DNA of 64,000 nucleotides. Origin: Trichosphaerium sp. ATCC 40318. Lineage: Eukaryota; Protista; Tubulinea. Below the pieces are notes generated by a model. The model saw only the letters and a program-made list of their open reading frames with translations, was not told the origin of the DNA and did not search any database. Location of the stretch: contig JALMLS010000353.1 of assembly GCA_038496445.1 (NCBI GenBank), forward strand, positions 186,001 to 250,000. The letters are read 5' to 3'. Positions 37,601-49,689 of the stretch are shown here, one piece after another (position 1 is the first letter of the stretch; each line of letters starts with the position of its first letter). Both the position numbers and the translations under genes were made by a program.

Positions 37601-39231
37601 GTGATATTCTTCGGTCCTTGTACAGGTGGTCGACGCCTGCGCGGTTTCGGTGCTTTTGGTTTGGGTGGCTGATTTTCAACGGTGGTAGCTGGTTCCTTCT
37701 TCGATTCTACTTTTCTCTTCTTTGTTGGTGGCTTTTTTTCTTGTACACTTCGCACTGTATTCTTAGATGGAGCTTTACGTTTTTTTTGTGGTTGAACAAA
37801 ATCTTCCATAGAGTCATCGCTATCAACTTCAGCCGAAGCTTCTTTATCAGAGTCTGCAGGAGGCGGAACATATATTTGAGGACTTGGCTTTGTATTTGTG
37901 GATTGTGGTTGTATTGGTTGATGTTGAACTTTTTGTTCTTGTGGCGTCTTAATAAATAACAGTTAGAAAAAATGGTGGTCAAAAATGGCAAGTAAAATCA
38001 TCAATAATTTTTTTTTTGTAAATGTACGATAGGGTTCAATACAGAGCGTCTTTTGTGATGCGAAAATCGTACAGATGGGTGTGTTTGATCTACGTTATTC
38101 ATTTGTCGGCTCTAAGGAAGGGAATGTTATGACATGACACTTCTATATTTAAATATATTTGTTTTTTTACTACACGTACTCTTAGTACTTGTACTAATTG
38201 TTGAAAAAATGGTGCTTTACTGACTAGAGTATCATGTTCAAACTGAGCTATAATATGTGGAAGTACACGTCCATCAATTACATGACATTCTAGTACTTTA
38301 CCATGAAACTTGGCGTCAAGCTAGAGAAGATGGTGAAAATCTAATTAATTATTATTTTAGTTCACGCGTAGCGTACGTGTTTCAAAAAATCTTGGTATGT
38401 TACGTTATGAGACGTAAGGCAGAGTTGTTGTAACACGAAGCAGATATGAAAAATGAGTTTTGTAGTCTTAAAGCTTGGTTCAAATTGTGGCGATGGTTCA
38501 ATGAGGTGATACCAAGCGTAGTCAGTCCTAACCTAAAACAAGCGAGTAAACAAAAAGGCCGTATTAGGAGTATTTAAGGCAACATTTTGAGGTTAAGCTT
38601 GTACCATTATCGACATCGGCGAAAATTGGATTGCCCATTCCTTTACAATAACGCGTACGCGAATTCTATTGTTAGTAAGGTATTGTGGAGCACCGTCTGC
38701 AAATGGAGTTAATAAATACTGCTTTTTTGTAGAATAGGCGTTACTTTGTCGGGTTATGTGTACTACGTCTGCTGAGCACGCCAATGAGTGATTGTATGTA
38801 TAAGCAAGAGACTCTAGAGGAACAGCTACACTTTCTCCATCTACAGCATCATCGTAGAAATAAAATGTATCTAGGTTACGAATTGCAATACCATCTTCTG
38901 TTACCTGAGAGCTTTAGAATACCACTTATGGCTAGTACATAATTTTTCGAAAAATTATTAACATAAAAAAAGTCGTTGCGTACTGCTTCGTTAAATAGTG
39001 GGCTTACGTCCACTTCGCTCCCAATGCCTGTAGGTTGAAGTGGTTCTAATAAGGTCAATAAATTACATAAAACCAAAAGAGTTGGTTATTGAGAATTATC
39101 AAGCAATATTTGGGGTCGAATGAGTGGCACTCAACGCTATTTTGAAACGAATGATTCAAAATGAGAACAGAAAACGGCTACAATATTACATTACCTCCTA
39201 GAATGTCTCCAAATGGAAAGGAGTCTTGCAT
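34633..39231 (-). CDS. Chromatin protein: RFTS (DNMT1-RFD-like) + DDT + WHIM1 + WSD/WHIM2-3
   Basis: IVKEWAIQF..DYAWYHLIEPSPQFEPSF (RFTS-like); LFMIWKFVQTFK..FTLLELHEML (DDT); TWPELMR..YEELSYDEKLELLEFL (WHIM1); PPLGHDRHFQRLW and ALNIDGVREDDLKRKL (WSD); the linking exon is open into ORF 37486..37809. Confidence 0.7.
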
Positions 39232-39436
39232 AGCGAGTATTCTCGTTGTTGGCGGGGACTTTGTTTCAAAGGGCAGTGTACTGACCAATCCCCGCGTCAA
39301 TAGCACTTGCAGCAAACAATTGGGTGCAACGACTTAATTGTCAGTGTTTTCTGCTTGTACTGATCTCAGTTGACTAATTGCGTAGAAAAGTTGGGTGTTA
39401 TAATTTTAGCAATTACAGCACTACAACGCTCCAACC

Positions 39437-40888
39437 ATGTCTGATCTCTTCAATAAATTAAAAGCGAACGTTCACGGTGCCTATGTTAAGACTGCGTCGA
39501 GTGTCATGGGCACTTTGACAGACGAGACCAAATTCGTTCAAGAAGGTGTTTTGACGCCTGACCAGGTATGTAAACGTACTGGAGTCACGTAATAGTTATA
39601 AACCTCACTATTAACGTAGTTTGTGGCTGCTGGGGATTTGCTAGTACGTAACTGCGGGACGTGGTCATGGTAAGTGTTAGCTAGTTCATTTTAATGGCTA
39701 GAGCGGTTTATAATAACCCACGTTCTATTTCAACAAATTGTTCCTAAAATTCAAAGATGCACTCCTAATTATTATACCAAGGGAGTCTGGAGATGCTAAA
39801 CGACGCGTTGGGTATATGCCCGAGAACAAACAGTTTTTGATCACCAGAAATGGTGCGTTATGGGTTCTACAAACCGCTGCATAATTTATGATACACGAAC
39901 TACCATTTATTTTTACTCATCGAATAAACGGCAATTCACCCACTAACATTACTCAAAAAGTGCCTTGCAGAGAGTTTGACCTCGACACAGTTGAGAACAA
40001 GATAGTTGAAGACGACTGGACAGCTGTGACATACACTGATGAACATAAAACTGGTGAGGAGGATAATATCGTTGATGTTGAAGACAAGGTAAAATACAAC
40101 CAGTGCAGGCAGCCTAGAGCATTTCTTGTTGTTTTTTTTCGTGCCAATAGGCGTCAAAAAACTGTCCCTTTGTCAAAAGGCTGACATCTTATCTCCAGAA
40201 TGCGAATGAGCCAGATGATGATGAAGATGAGGACGATGATGATAGTGACATTCCAGACATGGAAGATTGGGAGGGCGCAGACAACCTCGTTGTATGTCTT
40301 TCATTAAGTTATTTTTTTGAGTTTTGCTCATAATCCTTAAGGAAGCTGACCCAGCGCTTGCTGAACCTACAACAGACGGAAACTCTATCATTAAAATGCG
40401 AACATATGATATAACAATTACATACGACAAGTACTACCAAACACCTAAGGTTTGGCTGTTTGGTTATGACGAAGTGCGTTACCTGCAACCTCAGTTATCT
40501 CAGAGTATTATTATTGATTTTAAAGCTTACAATATTACTTTTTTGTAGAACAGACAACCTCTGTCATCAAAAGCCATTTTCAAAGACATCAGCGTAGATC
40601 ACGCTAAAAAGACAGTTACAATGGATGCTCATCCACACTTGGGTGTTCAGTTTGCATACATTCACCCTTGCAAGTACGTTTCAGTTCGTAGAGATTATTT
40701 ATATGTACTAATTACGTTAAAGGCATGCCAGTGTAATGAAAAAGATGATACAGAGCTCAATTGACGCTGGAAATGACCCGCGTGTAGATCAATACCTTAT
40801 TTTGTTTTTGAAGTTCTTGGCTGTTGTTATGCCTAATATCGAGTATGATTACACCGTAGAAGTAAACACGAAGGATGGTAACAAGTAA
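39437..40888 (+). CDS. ATG3: Autophagy E2-like enzyme Atg3
   Basis: [54 protein letters not shown], catalytic [23 protein letters not shown]. Confidence 0.97.
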
Positions 40889-41064
40889 TTTTTTCTAAAA
40901 AATATTGTAAACGCTCCAGAGCAGCTGGTAGTCGCATGTAAATCAAATACACTTTCACGTAGAGTTTAAACACGTGTAATTCGGGCTTTTTCTTTTTTTC
41001 TGTTAAGTTTCTGAGATTGCTGGCTTAATTCTGGGACTAGTTTTTCGTTGTACACGGGCTAAGC

Positions 41065-41895
41065 ATGGAAATAAAGTACAAACCGCAGAGCGCTATTGAT
41101 TTTGTAACGAAATACTATGAAGAGACGCGATTCTTTAAAAGAAGTGCGTGTTTTAAGCCGTTGATACCCTAGAGCATATGATGAGATGATTTAGCGTGTT
41201 TATTAATAAATGAATAGCTACGGAAGGTAGAAACGAGGATCAATACGTCCATAGACACTCTAACGGGTAATTCTAGTATTTTGCGATCACTAACTACCAA
41301 ATTAAAGGTGTTAGTTTACATACACATCAAAACTCATTAAGATATTATTATTTAGCGTCTGTGTCATTGGCATTGCTCAAAACCACGATATAGTACAAAA
41401 CAAGAAAAAAATTCAAAAAATAGATTACGTAGCTGGAGCCAAAAAAAAAGTTTCAGGAAAGAGAAAGCGGGTACGGAAAGCGTCAATCATTGCGACTTGC
41501 GCCAACAATTTTTTTTCTGTAGGGAGGTTTAAAGACAACACCTGGTACTAAAGTTTGTACAATCACGTGTCACGATGGATCAACATATGATGTTGTTGGA
41601 CCTATATACGCACCTGTTATTGAGGTTAATAAGCAATTTGATAAGAATCCTAACTTGGTAGTTGAGAAAGTAAGTTAACTCTTGTTTTTGTGTTGAACTT
41701 TTTTTTTTGCAATTATTCTAGTGTTAACTATGTTGTTTTAAGCCATACACTGATGGGTTTATTGCTATTTTATTACCTGGTAAAAATAATAAGAGCTTTC
41801 AAAAGTTAATATCAAAGGACGAGTATGTGAATGGAAAAGTTGAATCAGAAGAAAACAAGAATGAGATAGAAGACACAAAAATGAAGGATGCCTAA
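41065..41895 (+). CDS. ABITRAM: ABITRAM/FAM206A (Simiate) homolog, single-hybrid-motif fold
   Basis: EDQYVHRHSNGVCVIGIAQNH, KVSGKRKAGG, VIEVNKQFDKNPNLVVEKPYTDGFIAILLP. Confidence 0.85.
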
Positions 41896-42273
41896 CAACT
41901 AAAAAACGCCAGTTACAAAGATGCTCTCATTCATCCTTCTACTAAGCAATATAAAATTCGAATGATGGAAAATTGTTGTATAAATGTACAAACTTACTAT
42001 GGGTATGAGGATATTGAGAGATGTTGTTAAATCATTAAATTGTAGCAAAGTTTATTGTACACTGTATACTCTTTAATGAGAACAAATACGAGTCTTTGAG
42101 TTGAGTCAGGTTAATGTATACAATGCAAAACATCCATTCTTTTATGTATTGTTTGCCCTTTAAACTTTGGCATGTAGCTTAACATGGCAAATAGCAACCA
42201 ATACGAGGCATTACTTCCGTTATTGTTATACCTGTGAAGCTTGTAATATTGGTGTGTTTATTGTGTATGTCGT

Positions 42274-43310
42274 TTACAAATGGAGGTTTAACAATGCTAA
42301 ACAAGAAACGAAAAACAGAAGGCTCACAGAAGTCAACTTTTTGGATAGAGAAGTTGGTGCTTCAGTTGGAGCTTCAGTTGGAGCTAACGTTGTAGGAGGT
42401 AAAGTTGGAGGTAACGTGGTAGGAGGCTGTGGGATAAAGCTGAATACTGCGGCTAACGTAGTTTTTGAAACTAGACCAGGCATTGAGAAACTATAAAAAA
42501 AAGGTTATACTTTGGGAAGTGAGTGCTACTTTTATATGTACCTGAATGATGTTGAATTGAATGTAATATTGGTGACAGGAATGGTAAAATTGGAAGAAAC
42601 TAAAGAAAAGCCTTGCAATAAATGTTAGGGAAATGACAAGCAAATGATGGCTCTAATCTAAGCCAACAAGAGTAAAATGAAAAAAAGGCTAATTTTCTGG
42701 AAGTGACAAGCAAGTGATGGCTATTTCCTTAAGGAAAATTTGTACTGAGTATTTGGCTTGCGCATGTGCCAATAAGTTTTTTGCTATTAGATTATTGTGT
42801 TTATTTGATACTAATAACACAAGTAAAAAGGCAACTGTACGACGATAGGTATTTGGATAAAAATCAAGTCAAATTTCAGATAGCAAAAAAAAAAAAAACA
42901 AAGAAAAGCGGCGCCAGTAAAAAATGTGTACCTTCAATAACTGGTTGTTCCATCACGCACACCATTTTCAATGAGTTAATTGTAATGTTATTTTTGAACT
43001 CAGAGCGATATTCAAGGGAGTTAGAGGTAAAATCAAGAACAAAGGCTGCGGATGTGGTAACTCGGCTTAAATACTCTATAATTGTATCATTAACGATAAA
43101 ATCAGGGTTATATGGCTGCATAGAGTCTTTTAAAAATTGTAAACCACTCTTTGTGTCTTCTACTGTACAAGCTCCTCTATCGCCTTCACCTGGAACACGG
43201 TTAATTTCTAAGCAACACTGCTCGCTAAAAAGAAGTGCTTGCGTGTTTAACTTACTTAGTGATAGTGTCAAGGCAAACATGGTACACAAACATAAAAGAG
43301 CTTTAATCAT
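42274..43310 (-). CDS. Secreted surface glycoprotein with Pro/Thr stalk and hydrophobic (GPI-like) C-terminus
   Basis: Signal MIKALLCLCTMFALTLS; PPTTLPPTLPPTTLAPTEAPTEAPT; terminal SLLFFVSCLALLNLHL*. Confidence 0.7.
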
Positions 43311-44059
43311 TGCGAAATACAGCACTTTTTGACCAATTAGTGAATCAAATACAAAATGTTCCACTTTCAATTTTGGTGTCTTGCATAACTGCCTGTTCAA
43401 TAGTTAAAAAAAAACATGGGTTAAATCAGGATAGCCATGAAAGCGTGTGCAAAGGCGTCAATCGCAAAAGAAAATTCGTCTAATTTCTAATCTCACGTGC
43501 TCCCTACAAGTGTAAACTGCAATTATCTTGTAAGTTTTTTCTAGATCATCTTTGGCACATGCTGTACCAATCTACGCATCAAAACAGTTGGCTTAAGAGG
43601 CATGTCAGTAAAAGTAGAATTGTAGTGAAGTTATCACCTTTACAAGAACCCAGCGCTACCATACAAAGACCTATGAGCTAGTTCGTAATTTTTCAAAGTA
43701 GACCAGCTGTACAAGAATTAATGCCCATCATTTGTTCCTTCATTTGTGTAAAAACAGTCAATGGAAGACAACTGCAGTATTAACTCTATATATCTTGCAC
43801 CAACGGATTTTGTTGGTGTTTCCGTGCAACAAGCGTTAAAATACTATCACGATAACCACAGAAGAGTTTGGTGCAATTACATTTGAACAACACAAATCGT
43901 TCATAAAACAGCTTAAGAGTATCTTAATCGTATCAAATGCAACTCTCAAAAAACAATTAGACCATTATCTCTTCAAACAGAGGGTTACTAGTGCAAATAG
44001 GCCTAATCAGCATGAAACAGATACAAAACCACTCAAAATACGACAAAAACAGATAGCAA

Positions 44060-45012
44060 CAACATTCTTGGTTTTCCACATGAAATTATTTCGAATATTC
44101 TTCATTTCGCAGAGGAAAAATCAATGTTTTCTGTTGCTCAATCATGTCATCTTATGTCTGATATCATTCATGATATTTTTGGTTATAATAAAGTCTATAT
44201 ATCACGTGTGACTGATATTTTAAATATTAGACAATACGGGTATTATGGACAACTCTGAAATAATAATGTGAAATGAAAGGTACTGCCATAGTTTCACTGT
44301 TGTCTGGTTGTAGAAATATCAGGGTTGTACGTGCAATGCAGTTTGAAATAAATGGTCATGATCTCAAAGAGATCTCAGGCGTTCGCACAAACGACTTGGA
44401 AGATGTGAACATATTACAGACGAGGGTATAAGGAGCCTTGCTGGCGTTTATAGCATTTTTCTTAACAATACCTCAGTAACAGATGAAGGAGTCATAGCTT
44501 TGAAAGGTGCCCATACTATTGATCTTAGTAAAACTGTAGTTACAGATGAAGGTATTGCAGCACTCAAAGGAGCTCATTCTATCAACCTCAACCACACTGG
44601 AGTAACAGACAAGGGTATTAAATCACTAGCCGGCGTACATAAGATTTTTCTTAACAATACCTCAGTCAAAGGCATAAAAGCACTCAAAGGAGTTCATTCT
44701 ATCAGCCTCAATAACACTTCAGTAACAGATGAAGGTATAAAAGCGCTCAAAGGTGTTCACAAGATATTCCTTAACAATACCTCAGTCACAGACAAAGGCA
44801 TAAAAGCACTCAAAGGAGTTCATTCTATCAGCCTCAATAACACTTCAGTAACAAATGAAGGCGTTGAAGTGCTTAAATTATCTGGGCTACATAGTATTTA
44901 TCTTCGTAAAACAAATGTGAATGCGAAATATATACTCTTATTATCAGATGCTGGTGCATGTAGCTACTTAGAAGCTCCTAGTCGAGTGTTAATAAAATTA
45001 TGTAACTTTTGA
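44060..45012 (+). pseudogene. Degenerate F-box + LRR paralog of 26472..27422
   Basis: ILGFPHEIISNILHF..SMFSV F-box followed by in-frame stops (~44255-44290) and a frameshift (~44400) before intact LKGVHxIxLNNTSVTDxGIKA repeats. Confidence 0.7.
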
Positions 45013-46053
45013 ATTCAGGCATGAAACTACACTACATACTCATACGCTATAGAAACCGTCAAATACCAAAGTGTTATAATGTAGCGAATGAAATGTACAA
45101 GGCCTACAAACGCACTGATTGAATATCTAAAACATTGAAACTACTGACAAAAAGGTAAGGACACTTTTGAGTTAACAGTAGAACATCACGTGTTAAAAGG
45201 TTTTGAGACGCCTGCTAAATTCGTTCTAACGTTATTGAGTGATAATACCTTGGCCATTCCTACCGTCATCTACCAACCCAAGACAACCAAACATGTTCCA
45301 ACCGAAAAGAAATTCCGATCTTACTTGTATCAAAGGATGGAAGACAGAGCTAATCACAGCTCCTCTTACCATTATTCAGTTTTGGACTTTTTAGTGTCGA
45401 ATCTTAATAAATTCAGTGCTACCCGATAGCAATTGGACGGTAGATGCCTCATTTATTATGAGCTTGCGTGTTGGGTTAGGGTTCAGCGATTAAAGTTTGG
45501 TACCGTGCAGGTAGTAGAGTAAGGTTACACGTAAGATAGTTATAATTTAAAGTACTAGTTGTAAACCGAAAATATCCTTCTCAACAAGATCGTAATATGT
45601 CAACCGAATCCGGTACAATATTTGGCCGTTTGGTTCACAAGGTAGTTGGGTTATTGTGTAAGATAGTAACAAGTTAAAGTATCACGTGTATGATTATTGA
45701 ATCATTGGTATCGAAAAATTTAATATCAAGAATAACCACAGTGCCATAAACGCCACTAGTACCTACACGCGCCTCTACCTCAATGACCCACCTTAAAAGG
45801 GACAGTGATTTTAGTTCCTTTTAGTAATTAAGTTAGTGTAATTACTGGGTTTTTTTGTCAACGTCTTGGCACGTATGATACCCGAAATTGCATTTTTTGT
45901 TATGAAGCCACAACATGGGGGACAATACGTTCGTCTTTATAAACATATAACGTTGAAGACCCACAAACTTTGATGTGAAGTTTTATTTTTTGGGTATTTT
46001 ACCGGGTAACAATGGATTGTAATCTCGTGATTCAATATAACTTTCTTCCTCCC

Positions 46054-48855
46054 ATGTGTACAACAACTACACCAATCATCTTTCTGATTATCATTATTTG
46101 TTTATGCTACGAGTCATTGGGAAATGTTTGTGACCCTTCATTCTCGTGTTCATCTTATGACGACTGCAAGACGCAGGTAATAAACAACGCCATAAGAAAT
46201 TGGAAGGTTGACTCTCTTTTTTCAAGAGTGCCAATGAGAGGTACAGATGCCTCAATGGTAAGTGCGTACCCCCGGACTGCGATAATTGCCTAGAACACCA
46301 AGCATGCATTCAAGGGATTTGCGCTGATAAGATTACAGTACCGACTGGTTCTAGGTGTAACAATAGGTACAGCCACGTTTTTTTAGATTTAATCAACATT
46401 TCTGTGATTACATTACTAACAACATAGCTATATTTGCGCTGAAGGGGATAAATGCCATTGTGAGCCAAGAGGATCAGGAATTTGTAATTGTAGAACGCTC
46501 TCTCGTATTGGAGAATCATGTGAACAGTACGTACATACAATATTTCAAATTTGCCTAGCTAATCTGTTGTTAAAGAGGTATTGATTGTGAGTTTAGTCTT
46601 ACCTGTAATTCCGGTATGTGCGCAGAAATAATTACACAAGAAAAAGTTGGAGCTAATTGCACGTCTAATGCCTTGTTTCGAACAAATTTGGTACGTCAAA
46701 TCAATGTCCCTTTCTTATATTAATATGGTCATGTTAAACAGAAAGTGTTTCAATGTAATTATGTGGCACTTTACTGTGATCAAGGAACACTTACCTGTCA
46801 ATATAAACAAAGTTGTATTGGTGATTCATGTTCTAGCAATGGTGAATGCCTTACTGGAATGTGCGTTGAAGGAACTTGCCGCAGTTTTGATAAAAAGATT
46901 GGGGAATCCTGTGATCAATTCTTCGAGTGTCAATCACAAAACTGTACTGATTCCAAATGTGTTGGCATGGTACGAACACGGTAGCAACCATTTTTGCCAA
47001 GTATGACTTTTGTCACTTAGGATTGCTCACATTTATCGTGCGAACCCCAAGAAGAGTGTTTCCAGTTAAACCCAGCCAAAGAGTTTGTTTGTGGTGATCC
47101 TGAGAGATCATGTGATAGTTCAACAGAATATTGGAACTTTGAAACTAAGAGATGTGTTAGCAAGAAAACAGATGTACGCACAGCCATGAACCGTTACTTA
47201 GCTTATATGTATGTAGTTACAGCAATGTGGTAATAGTGAACAGTGTGAATCAAATATTTGCGCAGGAATATATCCAGATAAAGTTTGTTTCGGCAAAACA
47301 CCATTCTCCTTGGTATGTTCAGTTGTTCAATACACATTTTCTCATTGTTTGTTGCAAAAGGGTGAACGTTGTGTTACAGACCAACCACAAAATGACAATT
47401 GCGAGAAGGGTAAGCTATGTGTAATAACAATGTTGTATTAATCAAACCCATAAAGAATTGAGATGTATCAGCAACAATGCCACAAAGTATGCTTTTGGAA
47501 CATGTCAACAACCTTTAGCTGCAGTACGTTTAATTAATTCTACCAACTCGTACTTCTCTTATGATCTAATATTAGAATGACACATGTTTCCGATACTTTG
47601 AATGCGGGGATAGTGCTACTTGTGAATCTGGAACTTGTGTACCACGTTTAAGATATGTAAGAATTTTTGCTTTACTACTGTCCAGTGTTTAATTACTTTG
47701 CGTTAACACATCTTATAGGGCGATTCTTGTGATGCGTCATACATACTAGATAACTCTCAGGATACTTGTGGATTTGGTTTAGGATGTTTTTGTGATGGTA
47801 CTACCGGTACATGCTAAAAAAACCCCTCCGAGATCCATACACCTTTTTTGTTGATTTCTTCAAAACAGGTGGAAAGTGTTTATTTGACAGCTCTGATCGT
47901 GGAGTAAAATACGTTCCTAAGTATGAAACAGATGATCATTATTTCCCCCCTGTACTGTATAAAAATTGCGAGAGTGTTGTGGAAAAGGTACTGTGAATAA
48001 TAGCAACTATTTTGTTTACATATAATTTCCTTTTTTTTTCTCAATAATCCGAACAAATCAATGACTTTCCACGCAGTACTTTACTTTTTGGATTTACAGA
48101 AAGTAATATGGACTATCAGCTGATTTTCTGTGTAGCTAAGAAAGACGAAATGTTTTACAATGATAGCCACAGAATTAGAGGGCTTTCGAAAACGCATTGG
48201 AGATACTTTTCCACAAGATTGCCGAAATGCATTTGCTGAGCTATCTTGTTGTTTACTATGCACTTATGATGGTCCTCACACAAATATCGTTACTGGTGGA
48301 GGTGGTGCAGACAAAAGTATGGCCGAAGTGCTGGAATTAGCTAGAGCAATACAACTTGGTGGAATACCAGGAGGAAGACCAGATGTACGTACTAATAGTT
48401 GCTCAGTTTGATTTTTGGTAATGTGTTTATACTTAGATGTCCTTGAATTGTGCTGCTAATGGTGGTAAAGGAGAATTAATATTTCCAACAGTGTGCCCTT
48501 CAGGAGATAAAAGTGTGAGTTTTCTTGTTTGTTTCTCTGTAAACAACAGATGACCGTTTTTTGTTTTAATACACATGTTAGGTATGGTCTTCAACAATTG
48601 CTCAAGTTAAAGATTTTGTCAAATGTAATGAATATGTTGTACGTTTTGACTCATTTTTATATTGTTACACGTGATAGCCCACAAACAGTTTTATTGATTT
48701 TTTTGTTAACATAGACGCCTCCACCTGTTTCTTCACCTAGTCAAACGTCAGAACCTGGCACTACCTCATCCCCATCAAGTTCTTCTTCATATGTATTCTG
48801 CAGTTCATTGGCTGTTACTCTAATATGTATGTTGTCGCTTCTTTTGTTGTTGTAA
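46054..48855 (+). CDS. Cys-rich secreted, probably GPI-anchored surface protein, copy A
   Basis: Signal MCTTTTPIIFLIIIICLCYESLG; many GxxCxxxxxCxxxxC modules; Ser/Pro stalk and terminal LAVTLICMLSLLLLL*. Confidence 0.8.
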
Positions 48856-49689
48856 GACATGGGTGTTTTGTCTAAGCCAATAAAGTGTGTAGCCCTTTTA
48901 CTTGTGTGTATTGTCTAAGTAGAGTTTGGAAATAATCTAAGCAGTGTGGAGCAAAATACATATCACGCACTGCAAGTGGTAACGACAGAAAACTGAAGGA
49001 TTCATGACTATTGCGCAATTGTGGTTACGGCATGTGCTTACAGCTAACTCTGAAGGTTTGTTACATGTTTAACACCTGAGCTACATTCAAGCGAGCAAAT
49101 CACTCGTGTGTGATGTTCAAAGGCAAAAAGTAGGTGATGGCTTGTATCCTGCAACCTGGGCTGTAAAAAGTCTTTACGGCTACATCCGCGATCACTTGGG
49201 TATACTATTACTGGTGTTGGGATTTGGTGATTATATTTCGTATTATCTAATCCGGCAAAATATTCGGCCGTTTGGTTCACAAGGTAGTCGGGTTACAGTG
49301 TAAGATAGTAACAAGTTAAAGTATCACGTGTATGATTATTAAACGTATAAACAAAATTATTACAATAGCACAAAAAAAAGCACACATCAATGACTACATA
49401 GCGTGTTTTATATGCCGCTACAGACTCCTCTACTTGAATAATCAACCACATTGATTAGTTCCTTTTAGTAGTTCTGAAGATTGACTTTTTCTATCAACGT
49501 CTTGGAACGTTATGAGATACCCGACTTTTCATTTTTCACGATTCAATCAGGCATTGTATTTCGCTACAACATGGAAATACATACTACCAATACCCAAAAC
49601 TTTTTATGATGTGAAGTTTTATTTGTTGGGTATTTACCGGGTAACAATGGATTGTAATCTAGTGATTCAATATAACTTTCTTTCTACCC

